A stretch of DNA of 63,997 nucleotides, the filler included, from Blastocystis sp. subtype 4 (taxonomy: Eukaryota), in assembly GCF_000743755.1 (NCBI RefSeq). It is 11 parts of 11 records of this genome, joined end to end, with 100 filler letters (N's around TTAATTAATTAA, not from the genome) between each part and the next. Parts side by side here need not be neighbours in the genome. Positions count along the whole stretch, not along the records: positions 46,330 to 55,697 come from NW_014569083.1; positions 55,798 to 61,232 come from NW_014569082.1; 9 more parts are not named here. One strand, 5' to 3'. The notes below the pieces were generated by a model. It saw only the letters and a program-made list of their open reading frames with translations. It had not been told where the DNA came from and made no database searches. The translations under genes were made by a program, and so were the position numbers. This document shows, one piece after another, positions 47,093-59,514 of the stretch (position 1 is its first letter; each line of letters begins with the position of its first letter).

Positions 47093-48809
47093 CTAGTGTT
47101 GCTTCCGTATTGCCAGATACCGTTCTCGCAATTCCTGAAGTCCTTCTTTGTGTCTTCGCTCCTCCTCTTCACTTGGGACTCTCCAACCAATCTCATTCTT
47201 CCTTCCATGTTTCACTGGAACTGCTATGATCCTCCGAGGATTCCTTGGTTCCATATTATCAACAAGGGAGTGATCATCTTGAGTGGGACTGGATTGTGTG
47301 GGTTGATTATCGTTGGAAGAATGAACTGATGTAGATGGGCCATTCCCAACTGGACTGAGTCGTAGTGGCCGAATCACAGGAACAGCTTCCGTTTCTGAAG
47401 GAGTGTCATGAATTGCAGCCACACGTACTTTGTGGGGTTTCACAATGACCTCGTGTTGTTTGGAATTGTGATCATTCGTAACTGATCTGGAATTGATTCG
47501 ATGAAGGGAGATGGGTTCACCCACACTCACACGCCGAACAATGGGTCTGACTTCAAGACGAGAAGGAAGACTGATTCGACGTGGATTCGAGATGGAACTG
47601 TCTTCAGTACTCAATCCATCATCATCTTTCACTCGCTGTAACACAATTGAAGGAGAAGAATGTACAATCCCCTGAGGTGAAGAATGAACATCAGGAACAA
47701 TCAAAGGATCGTTTTGATGAGAAGAGTCGCGCTTAGAGGAATCTGGATTAGAAGAGGATTGAACGGAAGGAGTAGAAGTGTGTCTAGAAGGAGAGATGGG
47801 TCGTTTGGAATAGTGAGAAGATACAGAAGGAGTGAATGGATGAAAGGAAGGAGTTGTATAAGGAAAGAGAGTGGGAATGTATTGAGGATAGAGAGTATGT
47901 AATCGAGTGAGACAACAGGGACGCATCAAGATCTCTTCAATCGAAGGCCGTTTTCGAGGATCCACTTCTAACATGGATTGAATGAGACTTCGTAAGTCAG
48001 GACTACAATTCACATCATCTCTCAAGTCTACTCAACTGATGATTCCAGTTTCATATACTGGCCTCGTTTCACCTTTCCTATCAGATCTGACAGACTCAAG
48101 GCAGTGAAAGGTGGAGTCAAGGTCAGAATCTCATAGAAGGTACAACCCATAGACCATACATCAGCTTTGGAATCATAACTCAATCCCTTCACAACCTCAG
48201 GTGCTACATAAAGAGGTGTACCCACAGCAGTCTGAGCCATGTCTTGAGTGAATTGGAGGACTCTGGAAATGCCAAAGTCACCCACTTTGATATCTCCCTT
48301 CTATTCATGAACGAACTCACAAAGATACACTTCATCCAGAAACAGGTTCTGAGGCTTGATATCACGATGAATCACCTTCTTCTCATGGAGATAGTGTAGA
48401 ACAAGACCTGTTTGTAGAAACCACTTGAATACCTGTTCAGTAGGAAAGGGTGTTCGACCTTGTTTCTTAATTCGGGCATGAATGTCACCTACATCTAATC
48501 AAGTAGAAACAGAACCACCTCCAGAACAGTACTTCATCACTATAAAGATACTTCCATTCTTCTTACAATAGTCATGATATTTCACAATGAATTCATGATT
48601 CATACTCGATAACACTTTGATCTCAAGAGCAATCTTCTTCACTTCCGATTCTGATAATCTCCTCGCATCAATTTCCTTTAGTACATACAGTTCCTATGTG
48701 CATAACACCAAATTCAAATACACAATACACCTGACGCACGTTCTCTTCCGAGATACGCTACTCCATAACTACCACTACCAATTCGACGGATCAGAATATA
48801 CTTTTCCAT
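47093..48809 (-). CDS. NIMA-related (NEK) Ser/Thr kinase, multi-exon
   Basis: [36 protein letters not shown]...[19 protein letters not shown]; Ser/Pro-rich tail. Confidence 0.9.
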
Positions 48810-48918
48810 TGTTGAAACCGTCGTCTACTGCATAGGAGTGTCTATTTGAATCAAGGCGACCAAACGGTTCTTTCTTGATTTTGACGACTTCATTGATTAT
48901 TCCTCGAATCAGCTGGAA

Positions 48919-50522
48919 ATGAGTTCTAACANGATGAGATTGATCCAAGTGAGATGTGGACTGCTGAAGAGAAGGAAGAGTATTTCCGCGATATGGAAGA
49001 ATGTCCACTCTTAATGGACCATTTTACAGAAGTATGTTGTATCGAAATGGAGTGAATTCAAGGAGGATGTGAAGAACAACACGAGTTTCCAAGCACTCCA
49101 GAGTATTATTAGTGGTGAACGTTCCAATGGTAAAAGAAAGTGTGAGTTTGTGATTGTAGAGGAAATGGTAGAAGATTACCAACATGAAGCGAAAAAGAGT
49201 TTTGCAATGGGTAAAGTGATGTATAAGAAGGCATATGAGCAGTTCAAGAAAGCCATCTTCTACTGTGAGAAGATGGAAAAGACGTCTGAGAACCAACACT
49301 TGCTGGCAACACTCTACGCAAACTGTGCATTGATCCAGATGAAGAAAGAGAACTATCGTTCTTGTTTGAAAGATTGTAACGCAGCTCTGGCTCTGGAAGT
49401 AGGATAGGACAGCCACATTTACTTGTAGCCATCTTACAAGAAAGTGTTATATCGAAAGGCGAAAGCATTAGCTGGTTTGAATAGTTATAAGGATGCCATT
49501 ACCTTCTGTGAACAGATTCTGAAGGATGATCCTGAGAATGTCTATACGTTACGATTGAAAGAAGACTGTGAAAGACACTTAGAGAAGGTGACAAAGTTAT
49601 CTGAAGAGATTACTCGTAAAGTGTGACTNNNNNNNNNNNCAGAGAGAAGAAGAGAGACAATTGGTGTTGAAAACATTGAAAGAACGTGATTACCAAGTAA
49701 CTTGAGGTAATGTTTGATGATCCCAGATTGGACCTTCGCTCTATGAATATCCCAAACGGTTTGATGCATCTATTCAAGTCAAGAATGAAGAGCTTATATT
49801 CCCAGTTCTGATTTTGTATCCTGAAAGCAGTCAATCAGATTATGTTAGAGAAATGAGTGACTTGGATACCTTCAGTGATGTTTTCAATGTATTGTTGAAG
49901 GCTTGTTGTGATAGTAGGCCCTCTTCCCTACTCGTGATGGAAGGAATCCCCCTCTTGACTGGGATGATGAGAACCAGTATACAGCAGAGAATGTGGAGGT
50001 ATGGTTTGAGGAGATGATGGTGTTACCATATCCAGCAGAAGGAACTGGAGATGTAGAGGCACTTCGTCATCATTATGAGAAACAGGTAAGAGAGGAATGA
50101 GATTGAGAAATAGCGCTGGGTGAGAGTGAATCAACACTACACTTTGGGTGATGTGTTGCGATATCAGAAGTATGTGATTCCTGAAATTCCCGTGTTTTAT
50201 GTGTATGCCAATAATTCGTATGATTTTGGATGGATTGTGAGATAGATGTAAATCGGATTTCTACAAGGCTCATGAGAATCAGTTGTTCCATCTCGTTGAT
50301 GCAACAACTGTTCGTTCTATTCATCGTTGTCAACGTGAGACTTGAGAGTTGAAATGAAGAGTAGATTGTGGGAAATACGAGAAAGACACGGAAGAATTCA
50401 AGAAATGCAGTCGGTGCAAGAAAACGTTCTATTGTTCACGAGAATGTCAAATTGCAGATTGGAAGATTCATAAGCATGGATGTGGAAGAAAGAGTAATGT
50501 CGTTTTAGTAATTTGTTTTTGA
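48919..50522 (+). CDS. TTC4: TTC4/Cns1-like TPR co-chaperone with a C-terminal MYND-type zinc finger
   Basis: CPLLM/FQALQSI N-terminal motif, three TPRs, FPVLILYPE..QSD wheel-domain motif, then KKCSRCKKTFYCSRECQIADWKIHKHGC; internal N gaps. Confidence 0.7.
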
Positions 50523-50666
50523 GAATCAAACAAGCTAATTTCGTGTACTGTATATAGTCTTCTTATAGAACATAAATATTAGTGCAAGGACAAGAATAAC
50601 GAGAATTGGTATCGTAATGACAAGATTGCTGGCTAATACGATAACAATCTTCTCAACAATCTACTA

Positions 50667-51995
50667 TCAACCCAACCAAATGAGCCATACTGGGATTCTC
50701 ATCACTAACTTGAACAGTCGCATAAGAGCAACAAAAAGAAGATGAATCGTGGATGTCAAGAGAATGAGCGGAAGCAACCAATAACGAATGTCCTTAATAA
50801 ATTGAGAAAAAGAATACTTAGTTTCAACACGATTCTCATTCCAATTGTCACTGAATTCGCCATGATCAATAAAGTACTTCAACTCTCTCTCTTTTCTCAC
50901 CCAACAATCATCCAACCATTTTTCAACACATTTGTGAACCTCTTCATCCTCGACAACATCCGATGGAACGATCTCCGAGATAGGGGTGTGAGAGTAATGA
51001 ATATGGCATTCAAACTCCTTATTCTAAAGTTAATGAAACAGAAATCACAAACGGGACACAAATACGTAGCGATTTCAGGAATACCAACATCATGTTTTCT
51101 TCCCTCTCCAGAACTATCAGGAACTTCTCCCGAATAGGTTGAATACTGCATCGTACAATCACAGATATAACTCTCATATCCCTTTACTTCATCATCCTCT
51201 CGAATCATCTTCAGAAGTGCCCATAATCCAGTGGACCGAGGTAGAAGAAGATATTGAAGCAGAGGACGATTGGTGTTCGCAGCCCAATCACGACTTCGCT
51301 TCAATGAATCTACATTACAGAGATATGACATTTCTACTCACATCACGCGTTGTACCCTCAGGGAACATAATTAGCATGCGATGGGTTGAAATATCAGAAA
51401 AGTATTCATTCCAGAAATGAGCAATGTTACTCTGATCCTTTGTCCAATCTCTATCTAGGAAGCAAAATCCAGCCTTTTCCATGACCCAGCCCAAAATTGG
51501 GATATTTCTAGTTTCAGAATACCACATCATGACTACCGCAAGGATTTCTTCAGAATAATGCATGTACAGTCATCACAATTGAAGAATTTCATAAACGACC
51601 AGATAAAACCCCAATCAAAGAAGGTTTGATGATTGAAAAGAAGAATTGACCTTCTAGACGTTATCAAGTCGTACACATATCTACCGTTTGTCATTACGAA
51701 GATTGAGAATATCTCCCGAAATCACATACTTGGTACGTGGGGCATAGATCATGTAAATTGACTGCCATACCCTCTACTAATAAGTTAGAAATAATATCTC
51801 TACAAGAGGGAAAGCTGTCAACAATGGACAAATAGAAGGCACAATCTTACCGATAGTATGGATTAATATCTGCGAAACAATAATAGCAACTGCAGTCACG
51901 ATGATTCCGATGAGTGCCATACCTACTCTGTACAAAGCATGGATATAGAACGATAACTATGTTTACGGATATCTACATGTATTTCTTACAGACAT
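50667..51995 (-). CDS. Lysophospholipid acyltransferase (PlsC/LCLAT-like), multi-exon
   Basis: NHQTFFDW, FLDRDWTKD, MFPEGT and LLLPRSTG motifs. Confidence 0.85.
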
Positions 51996-52057
51996 TTCAA
52001 AAGTACAACCTCAGAAAGTATGATTCGAAAAAGATACTAATCTCTAACAAACAGTAT

Positions 52058-52889
52058 AGAGGTGATCATAATAACCTTTCATAATAGTATAGAAATCAAT
52101 AGGGAATGGACTGATACTATCCTTCATGATACTCTTACAAGCTTTGCAATCCTACATAAGTAAGATATGATATCCCCTACACGTGGATTCATCTTCCACA
52201 GTTTATGGTCTCCACTAAGCGAAAATGGAAGTACGAGTCTCTACACTCACATCTTGTCAAAGGGATTACTCGATAGTTTTGACATAGGAATACATACGGA
52301 GATCCCTCCTCTTCTTCAGCAACCTAGGAGTGATAATCTGGTCAAATATCCAACAGTATGAGGAATAGGTACCTTTGATAATAACTCATGGGGAATCACA
52401 TCTACTACATCTACACATCCGACAAGTGCACTGACGGGGTAGTGCTTGGGAAAGGTGATCTCGATATTCTCCCCGTGCTCAGCATATATTTGTCGATATC
52501 GCTCCTCACATGATGCAATAAGTTCTGGACTGGGCTCCTTTGCCGCTAGAAGTGAAAACAGTTGGAAAAGACCTACCAGCATGAATCCATAAACGTCCTC
52601 GAAAGTCTGTATTCCAACCACGTCCTTCGGCCCTTTTAATTCCATATACTAATAGAGAGGCCCATGGTTGATGCATTGTTAGGCAAATCATTTTATCTGC
52701 CTTATCTCCTTCAATTCCATAAAGAGGCTTGAACAACATAAACTTTGAGACATTTTGAGAGTCGTTAGTTTCAGATGCCAGACAATTCTTGCAAATACGA
52801 CCTTCACCTCGTCTAATCTGGTTTTTGGAGTACTCGTTTTGTTCTAGAATCTTCATGCACTTACTGCATATAAGCCCTCGTGATTCCAT
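52058..52889 (-). CDS. ASCH-domain protein with an N-terminal CxxC...CxxC zinc ribbon
   Basis: CLTMHQPWASLLVYGIKRAEGRGW.TDFRGRLWIHA and YPVSALVGCVDVVD; N-terminal CSKC...YSKNQ...CKNC. Confidence 0.85.
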
Positions 52890-53276
52890 GAGTGAGAAAA
52901 TGCTGATACAAAGATATACGACTTGGAAAGAGAAAAAAGAATTACAGAAAGGAATCTGTAATGGAAACAAACAAAAAGAGATGCTACAATATAATAACTA
53001 TGAATTACTATACTTATAGGGATATGAAGGTGATTCTTCATAATGATAGTGATTCACACAGTATTTCACTGTTGGCTTGATAGATTGTAGTCATTACTCT
53101 CTATGAGCAAAGTATCATCGATCCTAGTCAGTAGTATTCCTCTGGATGTAGACTTGAAAACTGTAACTAATCTATCTGAATGATAACACAGATTGAAAGT
53201 GTATTCTGTGAATATGGAAAGGTAAAACATGTGAGTATAGTGGATCCCCACAACTACTTATATTCAGATAACCAGT

Positions 53277-54459
53277 ATGAATCTACACGTACCTCTTTTA
53301 GATTAATCTTAATGTAGATACCCAAACAGCCATTATTGAATATGACTCGTCGGTGGATCGTCAGACTATTGTTGCAAATCTGAATCATACGCCATTCCCC
53401 TCTTCAGGCAATTCCTCAGGAGTTTTAATGCGTCTGTCATTGCTAGAGGATGTACAACAAGGTTGCACATGATTGATGTTTGTAAATCCCAGAAAATAAG
53501 CTATTTATCGGTATGATTCCAGAAGGTACAACCGATGAGGAACTTTTCTCACTCTTTCATCAGTATGGTGATGTGATCGAAGTAGTGATAATTAAAACGG
53601 GAGATACATTTTCGAAAGGATATGGATTCTGTCGCTTTGCAACCCGAAAAGGTGCGATTGATGCAATTCGCGGTTTGAATGGAAAGACATTTCTACATGT
53701 ACAATGAGGCGTAATAATTGAGTCTAGAGTGCTTCTGTTTCTCTTGTAGTAAAGTTTGCTGATACTCCGAACCAGAAACAACTGCGTCTCCAGCGACAGA
53801 AGAAGAGTAAAGTTGGTCATTGGGGTCCTCTTGATGGAACCTGCAAAACTGCGTTCACATTGCCAAAGCTTGTCCAGACTAATTCAAATCAGGCGGTAGT
53901 ATCATATGAATTGGAGATGCTCAACGACATGCCAAGATTTTCGTTTTCTCTTGATTGGGAGGAGACACTTGCGAAGAAGAGAATGGAGTTTGAGAAAAGT
54001 TCCCCATACTGGGTTGACTGTTCCATGCAGGAATGTAAGGTAAAAAATATCACATCCACACCAACCGCATCTTCACTGCATTGCTCTCAATCTGATATCA
54101 TCCAGTCTGAAACCTTTAGAGACAGTTGCGTTGGATGCTGTGTTCGAAAACGTATTTGAAATGAGATATAGAACAGTTGTATCCATATCTTCAATTTCCC
54201 GGAAGGCATATCTGCTGAACAACTGTTTTGTAAGTGCAGTTCGCTTGGTGCCATTAATGACATTGTAATACTAACGCGTTTCCCGTATACTTATGGTTGT
54301 CACTATATCTGATCATGTTTCATAGGTCGTATTGAATGCACCAATAATGAGACGTTGGAAGACATTTATAACCATTTAAATAACCCTGTTGTGTTAAGCT
54401 GGGTCGTTTCGTGATTCATGGAATTGGCTAGCCAGTAAGACCATAAACTGGTGTTTTAG
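53277..54459 (+). CDS. RRM protein (CELF/Bruno-like RRM), boundaries approximate
   Basis: KLFIGMIP, SKGYGFCRF, AIDAIRGLNG and LVVKFADT motifs. Confidence 0.7.
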
Positions 54460-54645
54460 TAAACTCTGTTTTATTTCTTTCTTTTACACTATCATAATAC
54501 ATTTCGTCTGTTGCCAAATTATAGTTGATGTTTATGTCTAATGATAAAGCATATGAGAAAAATATGCACTCACACTGAACATATTAATTATGATAAACCG
54601 CGATCACTGATCTACAAAAAAGAGCAAGTTCATTCATTACTAATC

Positions 54646-55498
54646 ATGTCTCAGTCTTTAAGGAACGGTACGTTTGTATTTAGGGATCTATGTTAGGCAA
54701 ATGGCTCGATGATGAACAAGAGCGATTCATAAAGGCAATGGAGCTATTTCCAAAAGATTGGAACAAGATCACTGCATATGTACTAGTTAAGACTATCTTT
54801 CAACATAGGTTGGAACAAGAACAAAACAACAGGTTCAGAGTCATGCCCAGAAATATCAAAGGCACCTTGAGGATGCTGTAAGAATACCTGGATTGCTCTT
54901 ACTGTCTAGAAACTCAAGTACGATCTGTTCCATTATTGGGCTGACGAGTAATGTGAGGTGGTAATAATTAACACATAGCGAACAAGACAGAACTCAAAGG
55001 ATTAAGCGCAAACGCGTTCCTATTAATTATAGTACTTTCTCTGGTAATCTTACGAAGTCTTCAAGTACTTCAACGCGACGTTCTGTAGAGGGAGGAACAG
55101 TAAAAAAGTGTAAAATTGACAAGTCTCAGGATCATTCCGCATTACCTGAACAACACGAAAACTGGAAAGTGAATCAAGACATAGCAACTGATAATATGTG
55201 CTCAGGAACTATTTTCAGTAGTCCTGGAAGTGTATCTTCTTCAGAAGTGTCAACCATTGGTTCGCAAGATACTAATAACGACGAAGACGCTGCCAAGTTG
55301 CTCGTATCTCTACGTACAGCAGATCTTCGCATTAATAATCGTAATAAAGTGGTTTCTGGTACTAGTACTGGTTCACTAACTGAAGGTCCCCAAAGACCTG
55401 TCATATACAAGTATGTTTTAGGACCAGTGTATTCTTATCCCAATAATTCTCGTCGAATGGAGGTTGGTTTGCCAGTATTTTTTTATCCGCCTAAGTAA
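54646..55498 (+). CDS. SHAQKY-class single-repeat Myb protein
   Basis: GKWLDDEQERFIKAMELFPKDWNKITAY|VGTRTKQQVQSHAQKY. Confidence 0.85.
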
Positions 55499-55697
55499 AT
55501 GTTTTTCACTTTTGCTATCAGTTCACTTTCTCAGATAGAAATAGTTTGTGTATTCTTTGTTTTTTAATTATCACTTAATTCGTCAAGGAAAACATATCCG
55601 AAGAGAACGGTTTTCTGTTGATTCTGAGGGGATTGAAAGACTGATTCAATTCTCCACAATCTGTGGCTCTAGACACCTAATATGTCAAATAGCAAGA

Positions 55698-55797
55698 NNN
55701 NNNNNNNNNNNNNNNNNNNNNNNNNNNNNNNNNNNNNNNNNTTAATTAATTAANNNNNNNNNNNNNNNNNNNNNNNNNNNNNNNNNNNNNNNNNNNN
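55698..55797. other. Artificial contig spacer
   Basis: N/TTAATTAATTAA/N, 100 nt. Confidence 0.97.
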
Positions 55798-56184
55798 ACT
55801 CTCCAACAAGGACTTCAACGTTGTGTCACTGAACAAGGCACTCAATACATGATCCTGAGCCACTCGAGAATCCTTCTGAGCAGTAGCATTATCCTGTGCT
55901 ATTTTCAGGATCTTCATAAGCATTCCACTTGGATACAACTCATCAGGAAGTGGATCTTGCTTAGGCAGTTTCTGCATTTGCTGTTCAATCTTCCTCTTCA
56001 ACAGCTCCACATCTACTCCAGTCTTCTGTAGAACCAGATATGGGAATCCTTGTTGGGACTCCAACATTGCTGCAATCAAATGCACATCCGATATTTCCGG
56101 ATTGCTATTACTTTTTGCTAATTCACTTGCTCTGTTAATGTTTTCATTAACATAGTTTGTAAACAATTTCGGATCAACACTCAT
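55798..56184 (-). CDS. clpB: ClpB/Hsp101/Hsp104 disaggregase, N-terminal Clp-repeat domain, truncated
   Basis: DPKLFT......A.ELA....NPEI..VHLIAAML...LPKQDP.P...KDSRVAQDHVL.AL. Confidence 0.85.
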
Positions 56185-56224
56185 AATATATAAGAAATTA
56201 TGAAGGTCGTTGTTGGTTGACATG

Positions 56225-56242
56225 TTCTGGAACCTTCGCGAA
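56225..56242. promoter_or_regulatory. Heat-shock element (four alternating nGAAn units)
   Basis: TTC-TG-GAA-CC-TTC-GC-GAA, 40 nt upstream of the ClpB ATG at 56184. Confidence 0.8.
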
Positions 56243-56373
56243 GACTCTATTGTTCGATGAAGGATCTCTGTGGTGCTTGTCATTGGAATTGTAGCGTAGA
56301 CTCTTATAGATGGTCAAAAGCATGAGAATGGAGATTAATATTCTTTGCTAGAAACACAACAGAAAATATAAAA

Positions 56374-58196
56374 TCATGTTAGTTCATTGATTGGAGTTAC
56401 GATAACATTATTGAAATCGCGATGAAGTTCGTATACGAAGTCTTGGCTATTCACATTAAACGAATGTACCAAACAGATGACCGTCCATGTGACTGTACTA
56501 TGCAATCGGTTCTGGACCATCTACATGGTGAGGATTCGATTATGCTTACAGGAACTTGTTCTGGATGTGCACTAAAGTATTTCTGATTCAAAGAAAGGAG
56601 TTTGTTCAACACATCTCGTGTTGAGCTGCAATTGAGTCAAATGAGAATGCCTACAATTCATGATGTTGTGTGAGGAACTGTTGAATGACAGAAGTAACTT
56701 GCTGAGTCTAGTTGTAAACATATGTATGGATCCCAACAGGAATGGAAATGGCATTGAGAGAGGTGATTTCTGTGGGAAGAGTGTTTCGGATACTGACAAA
56801 ACTCTTGTGAGAGGGTTTATTCTCCAGACGTGGTCGTTTCGTTAATGATAGTACTTCAGAGAAGAAATCATCTTCATGTGAACCTTGTTCAATGAATCCA
56901 AGGAGGTTATCATGTTCAGCTTCATCAAATATCCGAATGAGTGTTTCATCATCATCGAGAGTTTCATTCATTCGTTTCATGGAAGGTGTTGTATCAATAA
57001 TGGGATCTGTAGCTGGATTTGGAGGTGAAGTCATCCAATCATCTTCGATTGAATCAACATCTTCTGTTTGGTTCGGCACGTCTGGATATTCCCCAATGTG
57101 AGATAACCATGTGGCTATCTCTGGAACAGTAACAGAAGGTGTACGAGGAATCGGTGGAAGGAATACAATTGAAGAGAATCTACGTTGAAATCACATTGGA
57201 ATGTGTACAGAGAAAGAGTACTTCGTTTCTTCGTAATAAGTTGAGAACATGTATGCGTGTACAGTAATCCTTGTTTATCAAGGAATCTTGTCCAATCATA
57301 TCGATGAACATGAGAAGATGTAGGTTTCTTTCTCTTTGATATGACTTTCGTTCGCACAGCGGCTTTGGAATGTGGTACGTGAAGCTGTTTTCCTGTAGTA
57401 GATGTCTCTGCTGGGATGTTGACACCCACTGGAGGAGGAACAGTTATTGGATCCATTGTGGGTTTCATTGATGTAGAATTCGCTGTTATTGGGATATTCA
57501 CTGGATTCATCGGATCGGAAACATTCACATTCTCTGCTGCATCATAATCATAGGTTATTTCGAAAGGACGAATGAAACGCTCAATTCCAATCCATTGACG
57601 TTGATCCACTTCAGCCACTTCATTCGATAGGGATGGAAGAAGTTGAGCCGTTGGATTTGACAAAGTGACCATTGTTTCAATATGATGGTATTCACTTTCT
57701 AAGATGCTTTCAAATACATCATTAATAGACTCTGTCGTCTCAATAGATGGATCTATGCTCTCCAGAGGAAGATGCTGGGTTGACAAGTTTTCGATCACAT
57801 CCATAGCTCTACCATAAATCAAGTATTGAACAAACTACTTGTTGAGATTCTTGGAAACAAATTCTGAGACAGATTTGGTTTTGACAAGAATCGCTGTATT
57901 CTCCTGCTTCATTTCTGAGGTTTTCACAGACTGGCTTCGCTTCAGTAGATTTGAACACATCTGTGAAATGACGAATGTTTTTAGCTGAAGACGATGCGTA
58001 TTGGTATGGAGTCCATTCTCACCAAAAATCTCTTCTTCGTCTTTCTATTCATCAAAGAAAGCAAAAATGGGAACAAAAACGAATTCCGATAGCGAGAATG
58101 GATCTCTGATAGTTCTAGAGTCAAACTAATAGTTTATGCCCACCTTCTCTTCACATAATCTTCCTCTAATCGAACGATTTCAGCACTGTTGGACAT
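56374..58196 (-). CDS. Hypothetical multi-exon protein, weakly kleisin (CAP-H/Cnd2)-like
   Basis: Acidic, disordered middle; IYGRAMDVI near the N-terminus and TVICLVH..N near the C-terminus. Confidence 0.35.
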
Positions 58197-58290
58197 GTTT
58201 ACTGATTTCATAAAAGGAGGGAAATGAGATGTGCATTATATTTGAACTATCTGAGAATTGAATCACCAAAGATGCATTCATTCTTTCGTC

Positions 58291-59425
58291 ATGCCTGTTA
58301 CTCTTGGGTGGGATGTTTTCTGTATTCTTTATTGTTTAGTCTTCTTTTCACAGAGAAGAAGTTCAAGCGATTAAGTTCGAATAAGAAGTCTTCTGTAATA
58401 ACTAGATGATGTGGAGATGTTCAATGATTTTCCACGACTAGGAATCAATATCTTTCGTATCGATATTTCAAGACCACTCGAGGATCAGCAGCCTGTGGAT
58501 GCAATCTTCCATAAGCTTATGTACTAATGACCATATTGTATAATCTGAAAGCGATCAGCTATCCAAATCAACACTGGAGGATAGGAGAATTGTTGAATGG
58601 TATGAATCTACCCGTAGTTCTCATCCTGATTTGCTATTTATTGACAGTCTGGATAAACTTGAAGACTTTTTGGACCGGTTTTACACATATGAAGTTGGTG
58701 AGGAGGCTATTTGCCTAACTAAACTCCAGTCTATTCTGTCTGTACCAGAGTACTTTCTTCTTCCAAAAGGGACCAGTGTTCGAGAAGCCATGAGACTTCA
58801 TCGTATGTGTTGAGTATTATTGTTACGATGAGATATTTCAGTTCCAGTTCTTATTAAACCTCAGTGGACTACGGGAGATCCAGCATCTCATGCCATCGAC
58901 ATTATTCTTGAGCAGGATGCAATTCCGGATAGTTATCCAATCGATATGGTTGTTCAATCCTATCGAGACCATGATGGAGTGATATTTAAAGTGTATGCTG
59001 TGGAGGATACTGTGTTCATTGAAAAACGATACTCACTCCCAAATGTTGCTAATTGTGAAGTTGAATCAATGCGTTTGATTCATTCATAGAATCTCATTCA
59101 AAAGTATACAATCGATCGATTAAAGAAGTGTCCTGAGTCATTCAGTTCTACCATTCAGACTCCTACCAAGGATAATGAGATTATTTCGGGCAGGACGGAA
59201 TCGATTGGACCTTTGTCTTTGGAGAATGTCCGCTCTTTTGTTGTATCGATTGAAACGATATTACATATGGGGTTACTTGGGGTTGATCTGATTGTTGATG
59301 CTGAAAATCCACAGCAAGTGTATTGCATTGATATCAATCTCTTCCCTTCATTTACCGGGTTTCCCAATGTTTCTGAAGTTGTGGGGACCTTCATTTTAAA
59401 GAGGATTGCAACGCATTCTTCGTAG
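58291..59425 (+). CDS. ITPK1: Inositol-tetrakisphosphate 1-kinase, multi-exon
   Basis: RPLEDQQPVDAIFHKL, PVLIKP, HDGVIFKVYAV, SLPN, LLGVDLI and IDINLFPSF motifs. Confidence 0.9.
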
Positions 59426-59514
59426 TGGATGTTTGTTGAGGTAAACTGGATCAACCAATCATAATCAGAGAAACCACTTGTTGACAAAAAAGAATGAAGA
59501 CTTCAGTTGAAAAT

